A stretch of DNA of 64,000 nucleotides, taken from the NCBI GenBank assembly GCA_008632985.1, contig QPGO01000016.1, positions 592,840-656,839 on the forward strand. Reading direction: 5' to 3'. Source of the DNA: Psammoneis japonica. Lineage: Eukaryota. The position numbers and the translations under genes are program-made. Below are positions 63,356-64,000 of the stretch, piece after piece. Under the pieces are notes generated by a model. It was not told the origin of the DNA and did not search any database. It saw only the letters and a list, made by a program, of their open reading frames with translations. Position 1 is the stretch's first letter. Every line of letters starts with the position of its first letter.

Positions 63356-64000
63356 ATGTCGACCACCATGACAACCACCGCATACTATTACCATGAGGAG
63401 GAACATCCATCGTTTTATAGTGCTAAAGATCATCATTCTAGTATGCATGAATCGTCGATACTGAATTTAACAACAGACGATGATGAAAGCGGAGTAGGCA
63501 CACCTCTCAATCAAAGCATGGAGCAACAACAACAACAACAACAAGTAGTGTATACAGCTACTCCCAATAATAACAATAGTTGTTGTGAAGCAACAACAAC
63601 GACACTTGATACTACAACGAAACATTCCGATTGGAGTTTTAATCTATTGGATACATCCAATTTGTCTCTGGCAAATGTGACGGATTCGATTGTCAACGGT
63701 CTCTGTAGCAGCAACACTACTACGGCAGTCACAGAGCAACAGCCGCAAGAGTCTCGTTGTTTGCCACGAACGCATTCCAATGACTTTTTAAGTCTCTTGG
63801 GATGTGTCGAACCACCCACGGACGATGAATTGGTACACGTATGGCCTCAACAAGTGGTTGTATCTTCTTCTTCAAACAATTTATTTTTTGAAAAGCGTGC
63901 TACACCGCAAGAACGCGCAGAGCGCAAGCAAAAACAATCTCATCATGCCATGCCTCTGTTGAAAACAACACGATCCATGGATGATGCGGCACTCCGAAGT
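63356..64000 (+). CDS. Hypothetical protein, 5' part only (poly-Q/low complexity)
   Basis: Frame is open from ATG 63356 (MSTTMTTTAYYYHEE...) to the window end, with normal TpA content. Confidence 0.6.
   Translation, partial: MSTTMTTTAYYYHEEEHPSFYSAKDHHSSMHESSILNLTTDDDESGVGTPLNQSMEQQQQQQQVVYTATPNNNNSCCEATTTTLDTTTKHSDWSFNLLDTSNLSLANVTDSIVNGLCSSNTTTAVTEQQPQESRCLPRTHSNDFLSLLGCVEPPTDDELVHVWPQQVVVSSSSNNLFFEKRATPQERAERKQKQSHHAMPLLKTTRSMDDAALRS

Overview
Eukaryotic nuclear DNA, most likely from a pennate diatom. The evidence is short GT-AG introns, bipartite plastid-targeting peptides with an AF/AFAP motif, a frustulin-type CEGDCD domain and diatom-style transposon relics. The window alternates between two sharply bounded compartments. 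(1) Gene-dense islands (~4.3-14.6, 20.6-37.2, 55.3-57.2 and 62.9-64 kb) encode a DnaJ-X protein, nucleoredoxin, an ankyrin-CaaX protein, a PsbP-like lumen protein, CHMP7/Snf7, an FG-GAP propeller, a TRX-like 2Fe-2S ferredoxin, a membrane-anchored FG-nucleoporin, a head-to-head V-ATPase c pair, an MBOAT wax-synthase-like enzyme, an EF-hand-Tic20 fusion, a PC-esterase-like protein and a frustulin-domain protein. Many carry single-base frameshifts that look like assembly errors. (2) Four repeat/pseudogene blocks (~1-4.2, 14.7-20.5, 37.3-54.5 and 57.3-62.8 kb) are almost devoid of TpA, and the older parts also lack CpG; both appear converted to TpG/CpA. Three tandem copies of a 732-bp segment of a Zisupton/KDZ-like transposase differ mostly at TA/CA/TG/CG positions, with TA<->CA and TA<->TG differences between copies. 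This points to a repeat-targeted TpA hypermutation process running opposite to fungal RIP, the main candidate for a novel system here. All protein-family calls come from motif recognition by eye; no database searches were run.
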